Assembly (NCBI RefSeq): GCF_006345805.1
Contig: NC_043015.1
Location: 38,998,001-39,062,000, forward strand
Origin: Octopus sinensis
Lineage: Eukaryota
Reading direction: 5' to 3'
DNA: 64,000 nt
Below are positions 1 through 11,908 of the stretch, piece after piece; the stretch's first letter is position 1, and every line of letters starts with the position of its first letter. Made by a program: the position numbers and the translations under genes. The notes beneath the pieces are model-generated. The model saw nothing but the letters and a program-made list of their open reading frames with translations, was not told the DNA's origin and ran no database searches.

Positions 1-788
1 GCCATAATCACTGAAAAGCGGGGTAGAATCAAGTTTTAGCTAATGACCACCGATCGATACATTTACACAATACCTGCACTCGTGTTCCATCACCGACTAC
101 ACATACCATTGCAAACCAATTGCCAGCCCCCCTCCAGCCCCTCGCCCTCCGTTCATCACCCCCTACTATCTCTATATCACTTCTCTTTCTTCTTCTTCTT
201 ATCAAATCTACACCATTTAACCTGATAAACTCCCAGTCAGTTCAGCTGGCGTCGTGGTTTCAAGTCATGGTTAAGGATACTTCACTCGCGCGACGTCATT
301 AACTTAAACTTTTCCTCACGGAAAAAAAAATTATAAATAAATAAATAAAACACAGAATGAACGCCACACAATCTTATTCCACGCCTTGTTCTGTTCCTTA
401 TCAAAGATTAGCCATTCACTTCCTACTCCACCTTCCCCCCTCTTAATCCTCGCTTTTATTCATCTCCACCCCTGTCACCACTTCCCCACCATCAGTTCGT
501 TCACTTCTGATAATCCTTTAATCAAGCCCCGCGGTTCACAAACGGGGTCCCTACGGCCCTTTGCCGGGGGACGAGGGCGAGGGGGTTTCATGTAAGGTTT
601 TGTTGTCAAAGTTTATACTCAGTAAATTGCATTTACTTGTATAAATATTTTCACAATTTTTGTTACATCAGTCCCTAATAATATTTAATTATAAAAAAAA
701 TAATGGGGATTTTTTCTTTTTGCATGAAGGTCCAGTAGAGCGAAATAGGAATCAGAGAGGTCCATAGGTAACCCCTCTGATTCCTATT

Positions 789-1140
789 AAGGCGACGAGC
801 TGGCAGAAACGTTAGCACGCCGGGCGAAATGCTTAGCAGTATTTCGTCTGCCGTTACGTTGTGAGTTCAAATTCCGCCGCGGTCGACTTTGCCTTTCATC
901 TTTTCGAGGTCGATTAAATAAGTACCAGTTACGCACTGGGGTCGATGTAATCGACTTAATCCGTTTGTCTGTCTTTGTTTGTCCCCTCTGTGTGTAGCCC
1001 CTTGTGGGTAGTAAAGAAATAGATATTTCATCTGTCTTTATGTTCTGAGTTCAAATTCCGCCGAGGTCGACTTTGCCTTTCATCCTTTCGGGGTCGATTT
1101 AATCGATTTTCCCCCTCCCCCCAAATTTCGGGCTTTGTGT
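789..1140 (+). mobile_element. tRNA-derived SINE family A (Meta-domain-like), one full copy plus a partial tandem copy
   Basis: A box (AGCTGGCAGAAACGTTAG), B box (GAGTTCAAATTCC) and GTCGACTTTGCCTTTCATCC core; more than 12 related copies in the window. Confidence 0.85.
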
Positions 1141-1527
1141 CCAGAGTAGAAACAATATCTGGCCGGTTGTACTTTGAACGGGTCCATATTTTTATTGGAA
1201 TATTCCACCAACAATCTTTATTTTAAAAGGGATGAATATATTCTGCTTGGTGTGGCTTTCGCACAGCCACCAAAAAATCTTTCCTACCTAAGACAGGATA
1301 TGCAACCAGTAGAGGATGCATATAAACATTACCATAACACCGGCTCCCTTCATCAGGATGGAAAGATAATCCTCCTCTACGGGTGGCATATCCTGGCATT
1401 TTTGCACACTCCATCTGTCATTACAACTATGACATAACTCCGAGCAACCAGGAACAACATTCGGTCTTAAAGCCTTCTCCCTTTAGATTTCTGTATTCCA
1501 TATAAATTAATATATATTTTGCAAATA

Positions 1528-1700
1528 GGTGCAGGAGCGGCTGTGTAGTAAGATGCTTGCTTCCCAACCACATGGTTCCAGGTTCAGTCCCACCGTGTGG
1601 CATCTTGGGCAAGTGTCTTCTACAACAACCTCGGTCAGACCAAAGCCCTTGTGAGTGGATTTGACAGACGGAAACTGAAAGAAGCCCGTCGCATATATAT
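1528..1700 (+). mobile_element. tRNA-derived CORE-type SINE family B, 5' part
   Basis: GGCTGTGT.GT A box, GGTTCAGTCCC B box and CTTGGGCAAGTG core resembling the CORE domain. Confidence 0.85.
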
Positions 1701-1739
1701 CATATATGCTATGCCTACATGGAGTCACTACACACACAC

Positions 1740-1778
1740 ATGTATATATATGTGTGTGTGTGTGTTGTGTGTGTGTGT

Positions 1779-1822
<44 letters not shown>
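1740..1822. repeat. (TG)n microsatellite
   Basis: Direct reading. Confidence 0.95.
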
Positions 1823-1823
<1 letters not shown>

Positions 1824-1943
1824 TGAATTGTCTATCTTTAACATCTTACAACATGCAATTAATAATAACAAAATAATTATCGTTACAACTGCTGACATCG
1901 ACAATTCATAATATTGTGTACCAAATCAATTTAAAACCGTTAC

Positions 1944-1995
<52 letters not shown>

Positions 1996-2320
1996 ATAAA
2001 TATTAGGGAATAAATCCAAATTTACAGGGAAAAAATCAGATTTAGGATTAAATCCAATTTTATAGTAAAATATTATAAAATATTATTAGAGACAAAACCA
2101 CTATTTTGCAAAACAAACAAGGAAAGACTTAATCAATACATAAAATTTTAATAAATAGTCAAAAAAACCGCCACTACAATCGTTTCTTGTCTTGATCGAC
2201 AATCTTCAGGTGGACTTCCAATAAGTCAGTTTCAAATTATGAAGTCTTTATGTATTGATTAAGTCTTTCCTTGTTTGTTTTGCAAAATAGTGGTTTTGTC
2301 TCTAATAATATTTTATATAT
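1996..2320 (-). mobile_element. Penelope-like pseudo-LTR remnant with inverted partial copy, between (TA)n tracts
   Basis: Perfect 70-bp inverted repeat (2075-2144 / 2247-2316) around a hammerhead motif; this architecture is typical of PLE insertions. Family assignment is inferred. Confidence 0.6.
2171..2213 (-). ncRNA. Minimal type I hammerhead ribozyme motif (Penelope-like element associated)
   Basis: RNA CCAC-CUGAAGA-UUGUC(GAUCAA)GACAA-GAAA-C(GAUU)G-UA/GUGG: complete core, 4-bp stem I, 5-bp stem II, 2-bp stem III. Confidence 0.75.
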
Positions 2321-2444
2321 ATATATAATTACAAAGTGATATAGGGGTTGTGAGTGTAACCCTCTAAAATATATATATAAAATATATTGTGAGTGTAACC
2401 CTTAAAATTTATTCCTCCATTTTCTTATTTTGTATACACATATA

Positions 2445-2484
<40 letters not shown>

Positions 2485-2486
<2 letters not shown>

Positions 2487-2685
2487 TCTTTACTCTTTTA
2501 CTTGTTTCAGTCATTTGACTGCGGCCATGCTGGAGCACCACCTTTAGTCGAGCAAATCGACCCCGAGACTTATTCTTTGTAAGCCCAGTACTTATTCTAT
2601 CGGTCTCTTTTGCCAAACCGCTAAGTGACGGGGACGTAAACAAACCAGCATCGGTTGTCAAGCAATGCTAGGGGGACAACCACAG

Positions 2686-2779
<94 letters not shown>

Positions 2780-2938
2780 TACGACAGGCTTCTTTCAGTT
2801 TCCGTCTACCAAATCCACTCACAAGGCATTGGTCGGCCCGGGGCTATAGCAGAAGACACTTGCCCAAGATGCCACGCAGTGGGACTGTACCCGGAACTAT
2901 GTGGTTGGTTAGCAAGCTACTTACCACACAGCCACTCC
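2485..2938 (-). mobile_element. SINE family B, full length with expanded internal (CA)/(TA) tract
   Basis: Head, core and GGTGCTCCAGCATGGCCGCAGTC tail all present. Confidence 0.92.
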
Positions 2939-2957
2939 ATATATATATATATGGATA

Positions 2958-3145
2958 TGTGTTTGTCCCCCACCATCATTTAATCGGTGCTGATGTGTTT
3001 CGTCACCGTAACTTAGCGGTTCGGCAAAAGAGCCCGATTAAATAATTACCAGGCTTACCAAGAAAAAGTCCAGGGAGGTAAATTTCTTCGACTAAAAGGC
3101 GGTGCTCCAACATGGTCGTAGTCAAACGACTGAAACAAGTAAATG
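2958..3145 (+). mobile_element. SINE family B, 3' half
   Basis: CGTAACTTAGCGGTTCGGCAAAAGAG...GACTGAAACAAGTAA. Confidence 0.75.
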
Positions 3146-3319
3146 AACAATATAAGTCCCGACATGCTTATTATACATCAGGGTTCATCGGATGAATATC
3201 TTTTGTTTCAATCAATCTTATGTGTCCCAATTAGATTTACACATATGTACGGATGTTTCTTTATTTCATACATCAAGCCCAAACGTGTTCGTTTCTCTGC
3301 ATCTCTCTCTCTCTCTTTC

Positions 3320-3363
<44 letters not shown>

Positions 3364-3690
3364 TATATATATATAATATATATATATACACACGTATACT
3401 ATATGTGTACACGGTCAATATGAGAAATCGAGCGGTTGTGTCTTTATATCGCCGATCAGTTGTCCACTTATTCGGGTTATGATATGTAACCGTTGCTCGA
3501 TGACAGGAAGTAGTCAGGGTTTGGATAAGGACTATTTATTTATTTAGCGAATATCTATTCATGATGAATTCCTAAAAGGGACGATAGGACTGGATTAAAT
3601 AAATAGCCCTTACCCAAATCGTCACTACCTCTTTTTTCTCGTAATATATAAAACACTTCAAACACTTCACAAACACACACACAATGTATA

Positions 3691-3759
<69 letters not shown>

Positions 3760-3779
3760 TAATGTGTGTGCGTGTATAT

Positions 3780-3985
3780 GTTTGTGTGTCTGTGTTTGTC
3801 ACCGCAACATCGCTTGACAACCGATGCTGGTATGTTTACGTCCCCGTAATTTAACGGTTCGGCAAAAAAAAAAGGGACCGATAGAATAAGTACTAGGCTT
3901 ACAAAGAATAAGCCCTGGGGTCGATTTGCTCGACTAACGGTAGTGCTCCAGCATGGCCGCAGTCAAATGACGACAACAAAAAGAA
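3780..3985 (+). mobile_element. SINE family B, 3' half
   Basis: Matches the family B tail. Confidence 0.85.
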
Positions 3986-3999
3986 TTTAAAAATGAAAA

Positions 4000-4100
<101 letters not shown>

Positions 4101-5934
4101 ATGAAGTACAGCCCCTATTTTTCTCCCCAACCCCCATCCCGGTGTTTAGAGATTTACAACAAATCATTTCTTTTTATTGGAAACCATAAACACCCCGAAT
4201 ACATTTTCCTCGCTTGTTCACACTGGTCAAGGTGAATCCACGGCTCGGCAGATAAAAAGAATAAATAATTCGTCCTTCTAAATTGTTTATCTTATGTCTT
4301 TAACCCCCCCTCCCACATCCTTTCCCCCTTAATTTAATCTAAATTTGAAGAGGTAAATATTTAGGAGGGGTCAAGCAAAGGAATTCGCAGCTGTCAAAAG
4401 TCGATAAGAACCAACCATGCAACTGGCCACGGGGAAGTCAAACTACAAACATTGCCGCACGATTATCAAGTTGGTCAGACATTCTTCATGTTATTTTTCA
4501 AACAGACGATATCGACTTTTAAAATGTCGCTTGTCACACTGAGATGCCTGGCATTGCATTGGGGGAAGCAGACGGTAGTGTTTTTACTTGTTGTTTCGCC
4601 CCGGGTTAGTTTTTGACTGAGCAAACTTTCAATTACAGATGTTCCAAACAAGAGCCTCCCATTTTTTTTCTTTCGGACATAATATAAATCCTTAGACTAC
4701 ATAATCTAACCTACTGTGTCTAATGTCAGTTAGCAATGGTAACGGGTTCAATCCTGAGATACATAGGGACTGTATCTGTCAATATATGAATGAATTCTAT
4801 AATAACTAAGTGAAACAAGTGCTAAATAATTCAGCCATGGACACAACAAAGTGTCTCTGTTCAGACGCGAACCGCTAACCTCTTGTTTTCCCGCATATCA
4901 TTGATTCGGTCATCGCGTTCCCTGTTATTGATTAGACAAAACAAAGTATGCAGTAAATTTTCTTTGGCCAATACTCTATAGCCACCAATTAAATAAACTA
5001 GATATATCAAAATATATTTGGCCTTGATGTCGTATGACTTTGGGCTCAAATCCAAATTTAGTGTAACTTCTCTTCCAGCAAACAAAATGTTGTGCTTTTC
5101 TCTATTTTAGAAGCCTTCGTCTTCAGCAAATATAAACCACTTTATGGATTCTTTATAAAATTCCTTAAATCCTTGAAATTTCTTAAGTCCGGAGTACAGA
5201 ATTATTACAGACGACATTTGGTGAGATGTTGTGGTCTAAATGCTGTATGAATCAGCAGAAGACTTGGAGAAAATGTCCTCCCTGGATTTTACAGAAATAG
5301 GTTGAAATAAAAACAGTATCGAATCGATAACATAATGTCATACATTGATTTAAATAAGTTACGATCTCGCCCCATTGTTTAAACAGTTAAAATATTGCAA
5401 ATATCTTTTGGAATAATTCCTGGATAGCCGAGGTTTTTGAGCTGGCGTCCACTCCCGGTTAAAGTAATTTCGCTTCGTTTCTATCATATATCGTACTGAT
5501 TAGGGTATGACAGTTTCTTCGAGAGATGAGAAACCTCAGGCAAAGGATTCACCACCTCAAAATCCCAACCCAACAGGAGTAAATTCTACAATATACCTAA
5601 AGATGAGTCTTGCCGTCATCTTTGCCTCACGAGTTTAACATTCACCATTTTTTCCATGACTAACTCCAAAGAAAAAAAATAACAAAACATTGAAAGAACA
5701 TTATCCACTGGTCTCCATGTTGGACCTCACTCACCAATTCCTATTAACATACAAACATCCACAGACTGCTAATCTGGACCGCCGTCACTTCTATAATAAT
5801 AAATGCGAAAGCGAATGTGTCACACTTTCTCAACTTTACTCCTCCGACCCCTTTTCTCACTATTCAATGACACTTCTACTACTCCTCCTGATTTACCCCT
5901 CTCTCACTATTCAATGACTCTTTTACTGTTCATC

Positions 5935-6220
5935 ATTCTTGGTTTCTTCTTCTTGTATGTTCCTTCTCGAGCCATGCCTGGCTCATAAGGGCCGGTTTCC
6001 CGGTTTCCTTGGCGTATAGGTTCCCCACCTGGACGGGACGCCGGTCCGTCGCAGGTGAGCTTCAAGACGCAGGAGGAAAGAGAGAAGATAGAGAGAGAGA
6101 GTTGTGGCGAAAGAGTGAGCAGACGATCGCCATTACCTTCTGCCGGAGCCGTGAGGAGCTCAGGTGTTTTCGCTCATAAACACACACATCGCCCGCTGCT
6201 CTAACCACAAGGCCATGTTC
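5935..6220 (-). mobile_element. tRNA-derived SINE family D (head partly deleted)
   Basis: Closely similar to 63025-63318 (GAGCCATGCCTGGCTCATAAGGGCCGGTTTCCC...). Confidence 0.85.
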
Positions 6221-8003
6221 CCCACTTGATTTCTTCTTAATCCTAACATTTTGAAAAAAATATTTCTCTAAATATTATAACTATTTCCAAAATAAACATT
6301 TTGAAAAAAAAATCTTTCTCTAAATATTAAAACTGTATCAAGTAATTTCACCAGAACACGAGCTTCGTAACGTTCGGAACTGAAATACGTTTTGAATTCT
6401 CATCGTAATTCTCTACCACAAAAATGTTGGAAACTTCGTATTTTTTTTTTTATATTAATAAAATTTGTCGGGGTTAGGAAGCTTAGCACATTCCGACTGC
6501 AGGAAAATAGATTCGACTAATTTTATTATTACCTTAAAAAATACTAAATTCCAAACATTTTTTTGGGTCAAATTACGTTTCTAGACATTCCAAGCCATAA
6601 AAATGGCACTTTAAAATAGTGTTTAGCGACAGTGGTGTAATTTTCCTTCAAACTAAACTAAGAGTTTAAATATGTACCAGTTACTACAAGTAATTGTTTG
6701 TACGAAAAGTAAGGCCTATGAACATCAAATTGTCTTTAAATTTAGTGGCGGCAGAAGAATTATCGTTGAACTTTTTAAAAGGTTAATTTATTGTTGCCTA
6801 CGGCCAGCTATCTGTTGGTTCTTCGATGATAAGGGAATGGAAACAAGCTATTTTGTGCTGACCCCGAATGGGAAGATAAAAAATGTTGTTTATCATGCAG
6901 CTTTACAATAAGTTCGACAAATTATTTCATTATTTTGATGAAAATTGTTAATTGCTCGAAAAATATTTGATCTATATTTCACCTCAACTCTTAAATACAT
7001 CATCCAAAGTCATTTAACACAACTTCTCTGTTTCTTACCTTTTGAAAGAGCCAAGTTAAATACTGTTCAAAACAGCCACCCGTCGCACCCTTTTATTTAC
7101 TCTGTAACCCAGATCGGTCCTCCAAACACTTATTTATCGATATCTTCTTCCCCTCCAGTCCTAACCCGTTGGGTCGTGCGTCACTTTCGTTTAAGTAAAC
7201 CTCACAAACCGCCTGCTACTCTTCATTCAGTCAGAGATCCGACAATTCTCAACTGCTTACCTTTCGGAGATCATCTGCTTCCACTTTGACTTATTCCAGA
7301 CAGTTGTGTGGTCACTACAACTTTCCTACATCTCAATGTGGTCACTGGTCACTATCACCTTCCTAGGTATGGACTTCCACATCTCTAACACAGCCCCGAA
7401 AGTGGTTCATTCCCAAATATCTTCATCGTTCAACACAGACGATATCCCCCCCTCCTCCTCCTCCACCCATTACGACTTTTATAATTGTGGTCACGTGGTT
7501 AGGCGAGAGGCCCCTTGCTTCCCGTGAGATTAGAATCTCTTGGTTGAATTTCAACTCAAAACACAAACTTATATAGCAAGGTGTTTTTTTCCCCCGACAA
7601 TGGAGCAATTCTGTTCTCTCTACCATCATGAACATTATCGACCCTCAAAGGATAAAAGGCAAATTTGATCTCACTGCAATTCGAAATCAGAGAAGTACAA
7701 AACAAATACTGTTTTTCCCCTCTTCAATGACCACCACTACAGAATCTGTGGAGCCAGATCTACTCTTCCCCATCACCATTGGGTTCTTTCTCTCCTACAG
7801 CCCCAATACACTCCAGATCTGTACAGAACCTGCCCCTCAATATAATTTACCATTGATCCTTCCTTCAATAAATTCTTCAACAGTCAGATGAGAGTAATTT
7901 TTATTCACGTAATTATTTTTTAGGACACAGCTTTTATAGAAATTCCTTTTACACAAAACAAGGAAATATTTGTCTATTGTTCTCAGAGGAATTACTATTT
8001 TAA

Positions 8004-8363
8004 TTGTTTCAGTCATTTGACTGCGGCCATGCTGGAGCACCGCCTTTAGTCGAGCAAATCGACTCCAGGACTTATTCTTTGTAAGCCTAGTACTTATTCT
8101 ATCGGTCTCTTTTGCCAAATCGCTAAGTTACGGAGATGTAAACATACCAGCATCAAGCAATGTTGGGGGGTGGGGGGATAAACACAGACACACATATATA
8201 CGACAGGCTTCTTTCAGTTTCCATCTACCAAATCCACTCACAAGGTTTTGGTCAGCCTGAGGCTATAGTAGAAGACACTTTCTCAAGGTGCCACACAGTG
8301 GGACTGAACCTGGAACCATGTGGTTGATAAGCAAGCTACTTACCCAACAGCCACTCCTGCGCC
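8004..8363 (-). mobile_element. SINE family B, full length
   Basis: Head and tail present. Confidence 0.9.
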
Positions 8364-9148
8364 TATGGAAAATATGTTACAAACATTGGATTGGGTGATA
8401 TTGTCAAAGTGAATGTCACCAGTGGAAGGACATCGTTGAAGGTGAAGGTTATTATTGGAGAGGGACTGAAGATGAAGTTCTGCTGGAATGGCATTGTTGA
8501 AGGTGGAGGTCACTGTTGGAGGGACCTTACTAAAGATGAAGTTCTTCTGTCAGTATTTTTCAATACACAGACATTTCTACATAATCATCATTAACCTAAT
8601 GATAGCATAAAAGATGACAGACAGACAGACAGACATTGGGCAGATTTTTGAAAAAACAAAACCAAACATTAAATGAATAAAAATAAATATTTTATTTGTT
8701 CGTTAAATTCATCATCATCATCATCATCATAATTTGTATAAAATATATTTGTTTACACCACATGACCTTATGTGTGTGTGTGTTGTCCATGCTGACAATG
8801 TTTGGATGGAACATCAGAGATTAAAATCTTATTTGGGATTCCTGCCCTCTTGGAGAGGTTGCAGACCATGCCTCATTCATATATTCCAGTTTGAATTTAG
8901 TTTCTATGGTTGGATGTCCTCCCTATTGTGCATGTGTGTGGGGGGAGCATTAAAAAACAGTTGAGTTATAGAAGTTTAATGTAAGCCCTCATTTGGAGAA
9001 TTGGTTTAACACACAAGTAGGGGAATGGAAGAATTAAAACCGAAGGAAAGAGGAATCTTATAAATGGAAAATGGACAAAAGAAAAACTTCAAAGAAATAT
9101 TTTCAGTAATTTCATGTTGATAAACAATAATTGGGAAACAATGATATA

Positions 9149-9357
9149 TATTTCTTTACTGCCCACAAGAGGACAAACAAAGACAGACAAACAGATTAAG
9201 TCGACTCCAGTGCAAAACTGGTACTTTATTTATCGACCCCGAAAGGTTGAAAGGCAAAGTCGACCTTGGCAGAATTTGAACTCAGAACGTAACGACAGAC
9301 GAAATACCGCTAAGCATTTTGCTCGGCGCGCTAACGTTTCTGCCAGCTCGCCGCCTT
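9149..9357 (-). mobile_element. SINE family A copy with perfect 22-bp target-site duplication
   Basis: ATAATTGGGAAACAATGATATA at 9127-9148 and 9358-9379. Confidence 0.92.
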
Positions 9358-9431
9358 ATAATTGGGAAACAATGATATAGCTTCAATGCATATGTCAAGA
9401 GAATATTTCATTGTATGTGTGTGTGTGTATG

Positions 9432-9464
<33 letters not shown>

Positions 9465-9673
9465 GCAGAAAGAGAGAGAGAGAGAGAGAATATATTTAGA
9501 CGTACATAATATGTATATTTACAGAATATTGAATTTACACCAGAAATATCATTACATGGCTTTATATATTTGTGTGGGTGGGTGTGGATGGACCCTTGAA
9601 ACAAATGGAATAGCCTTTCAATAACATAATGAAGGAACAAAATACAAAATCTGGGAGAAGGGGTAACAATCAT

Positions 9674-9795
9674 TCATTGCTGCCTGAATATTTTGGTGAG
9701 GTTGACCACAGAATAGGCGTTCTTGGACAAATAGTGTTGGACAGTTTTGGAGAGAATTCTTTGCATGGCTGTCCATTCAGGAGAGAGTGGCATGC
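9674..9795 (-). CDS. POLA1: POLA1 last coding exon (GMPLSPEWTAMQRILSKTVQHYLSKNAYSVVNLTKIFRQQ*)
   Basis: LSKNAYSVVNLTKIF resembles human LSRSGYSEVNLSKLF; TGA at 9674-9676. Confidence 0.95.
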
Positions 9796-10367
9796 CTGAA
9801 ACAAAAATAATAAACACATCAGCTTTATATTAAGTTATTTGAAAAATAAAGTTCCTAATTCCAAAGCTCATCAGTTTCTAGAATTAAAAATTGCCTAAAA
9901 TTTAAAATCAATTCCATCAGATTTTTTAAGTCATAGATTTGAGTCGGAAGAAAGATTCAAAGCTATTCATGAGTTTGAAACCACATCGCATACAACCAGT
10001 GATAGATGTGCTTCATATTCTTGGGGTATTTCGGTCATTAATAATGTTCACTAAAATTGGTCAAGTTTTGCGACCCCTTACAGAGTTGAGATAGATTTGA
10101 ACACTGTTTCTTCATGTTAAACAAGAAGAGTTTATGGCCTAACTGGTTTCTCCTCACCACTGGTAGAAATTGAACCCAGCACTTTACACTCCTGCTTCCA
10201 GTTGCACTAATTAACTGCCTCTCTTCACATCAATAAATAATTAGATGGTAAAAATTATCTAAATAAGCGAACTTATTGTTGCTGTGAAGACAGTTATTGA
10301 TAAACATCCAAGTAAAAGACGGAGAGCGATCGTCCAACTGATGGAAACTTTACAGAACTTCACTTAC

Positions 10368-10391
10368 CAATTCCAAATACTGGGGCAGAAG
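10368..10391 (-). CDS. POLA1: POLA1 candidate 24-nt micro-exon 39 (ASAPVFGI)
   Basis: TGTCAG acceptor and TTG|GTAAGT donor; phase 1 to phase 1; inclusion brings spacing closer to human. Inferred without transcript data. Confidence 0.68.
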
Positions 10392-10440
10392 CTGACAGAT
10401 CAGAAATGTCATCAAATACAATACAGGAATACATGTGTGT

Positions 10441-10830
10441 GCGCAGGAGTGGCTGTGTGGTAAGTAGCTTGCTAACCAACCACATGGTTCCGGGTTCAGT
10501 CTCACTGCGCGGCACCTTGGGCAAGTGTCTTCTGCTATAGCCCCGGGCCGACCAATGCCTTGTGAGTGGATTTGGTAGACGGAAACTAAAAGAAGCCTGT
10601 CGTATATATGTATATATGTGTTTGTGTGTGTGTGTTTGTCCCCGTAGCATTGCTTGACAACCGATGCTGGTGTGTTTACGTCTCCATCACTTAGCGGTTC
10701 GGCAAAAGAGACCGATAGAATAAGTACTGGGCTTACAAAGAATAAGTCCAGGGGTCGATTTGCTCGACTAAAGGCGGTGCACCAGCATGGCCACAGTCAA
10801 ATGACTGAAACAAGTAAAAGAGTAAAGAGT
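10441..10830 (+). mobile_element. SINE family B, full length
   Basis: Near-consensus; lies 50 bp from the micro-exon acceptor. Confidence 0.92.
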
Positions 10831-10979
10831 ATAATTACATTATACAGTGTGTGCCTGTGTGTGTGTGTTATATTACTGAAATTGCTTTTACACAGTGAGG
10901 TGTGAGCGTGTGTTGACAAAATAGTTTCTAGAAGGTGTTTGATTAAAAAGTGAGGTGTGAATAGAAAATGTCAAATTAC

Positions 10980-11055
10980 CTGGCGTTAGGGAAGACTTGG
11001 GTTCAAAAAGACTTTTGTAATAACAGAGCTGGTTGTACAAGACAGTGTCTGTATA
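10980..11055 (-). CDS. POLA1: POLA1 exon 38 (YTDTVLYNQLCYYKSLFEPKSSLTP)
   Basis: Resembles human YSDKSLYTQLCFYRYIFD. Confidence 0.95.
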
Positions 11056-11477
11056 CTGGAAGGGAAGAAAAAAATGGTTTTCTTATATAAGTAACCATTT
11101 CTAAAGAAATATATTCATACGGCACCAAGCATAGTTGTTTGAAATGATTCCTAGAATATTACTGGTACTTATTTTATCAAAGTTGAAGGAATGAAAAAGG
11201 TCAAACCAAGCAGAGTTTTAATTTAGGATGTAAAGGGACAATAACACCACAAGGTATGAGTAATTGTCCAAGCCATGTCAGGATGGCAGATGGACACTAA
11301 GGGATGATGACGATGATGATGATGAGTCTGAGATTTAAGAAAAAAAGTTGGTAAAAATTAAAGCAATCTATTGGGATTAACTTTGTTTGTCATTCAACAA
11401 AGATCAATGAAATACCAGTTATATACTGGGCATTGCTTCAACCATAACCCTCAGCCTAAAGACTTTAATATTGAACC

Positions 11478-11908
11478 TTAACCCTTTAGCATTCAAACCA
11501 CCTCAAAACCCCTGTCCTACATTGTCATTCTCAAAATAAACAATCAGATTATCAAAATCTCAAGAGTATGGGATTATGCAGTCATTGCTCCACTCACCAT
11601 AAGCCACCCTTATGTATCTCTGACCTCCATCTCTATCACTGTACATCTTCCTCTCCACCACATCATCTCTCTATTTTCTGATCTACCCCACAGCTTTATG
11701 ACACTGCTACTTACTCCCTTCCTGTCACCCCCCCTCCACACTGATCCCCATTCACTACCTTCACCTCTCTCCCCTCATCACTAATCTGTCCCTCTCCTCT
11801 CACACTCTTAAGGAATTAACCCACAGTCCACATTTGCCCTTACATCCGAAGCAATGAGCATAAATAAGCATTACATTGGACAGAATAACCTGAATGCTAA
11901 AGGGTTAA
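11478..11908. mobile_element. TTAA-flanked MITE (CCCTTTAGCATTCA ends)
   Basis: TTAACCCTTTAGCATTCA...TGAATGCTAAAGGGTTAA. Confidence 0.8.

Noticed and set aside
3155-3200. Minus-strand CCGATGA followed by a bulged stem
   Set aside because: No GAAA after the stem, so not a hammerhead.
3545-3610. Hammerhead-like CATGATGA-ATTCC-TAAAA-GGGAC-GATA
   Set aside because: It needs about four core or stem corrections and stem III cannot pair; too degenerate to call.
4861-5400. 74-aa minus-strand ORF and surrounding unique sequence
   Set aside because: No recognisable domain or splice pattern, and stops in adjacent frames; possibly an old element but unassignable without a search.
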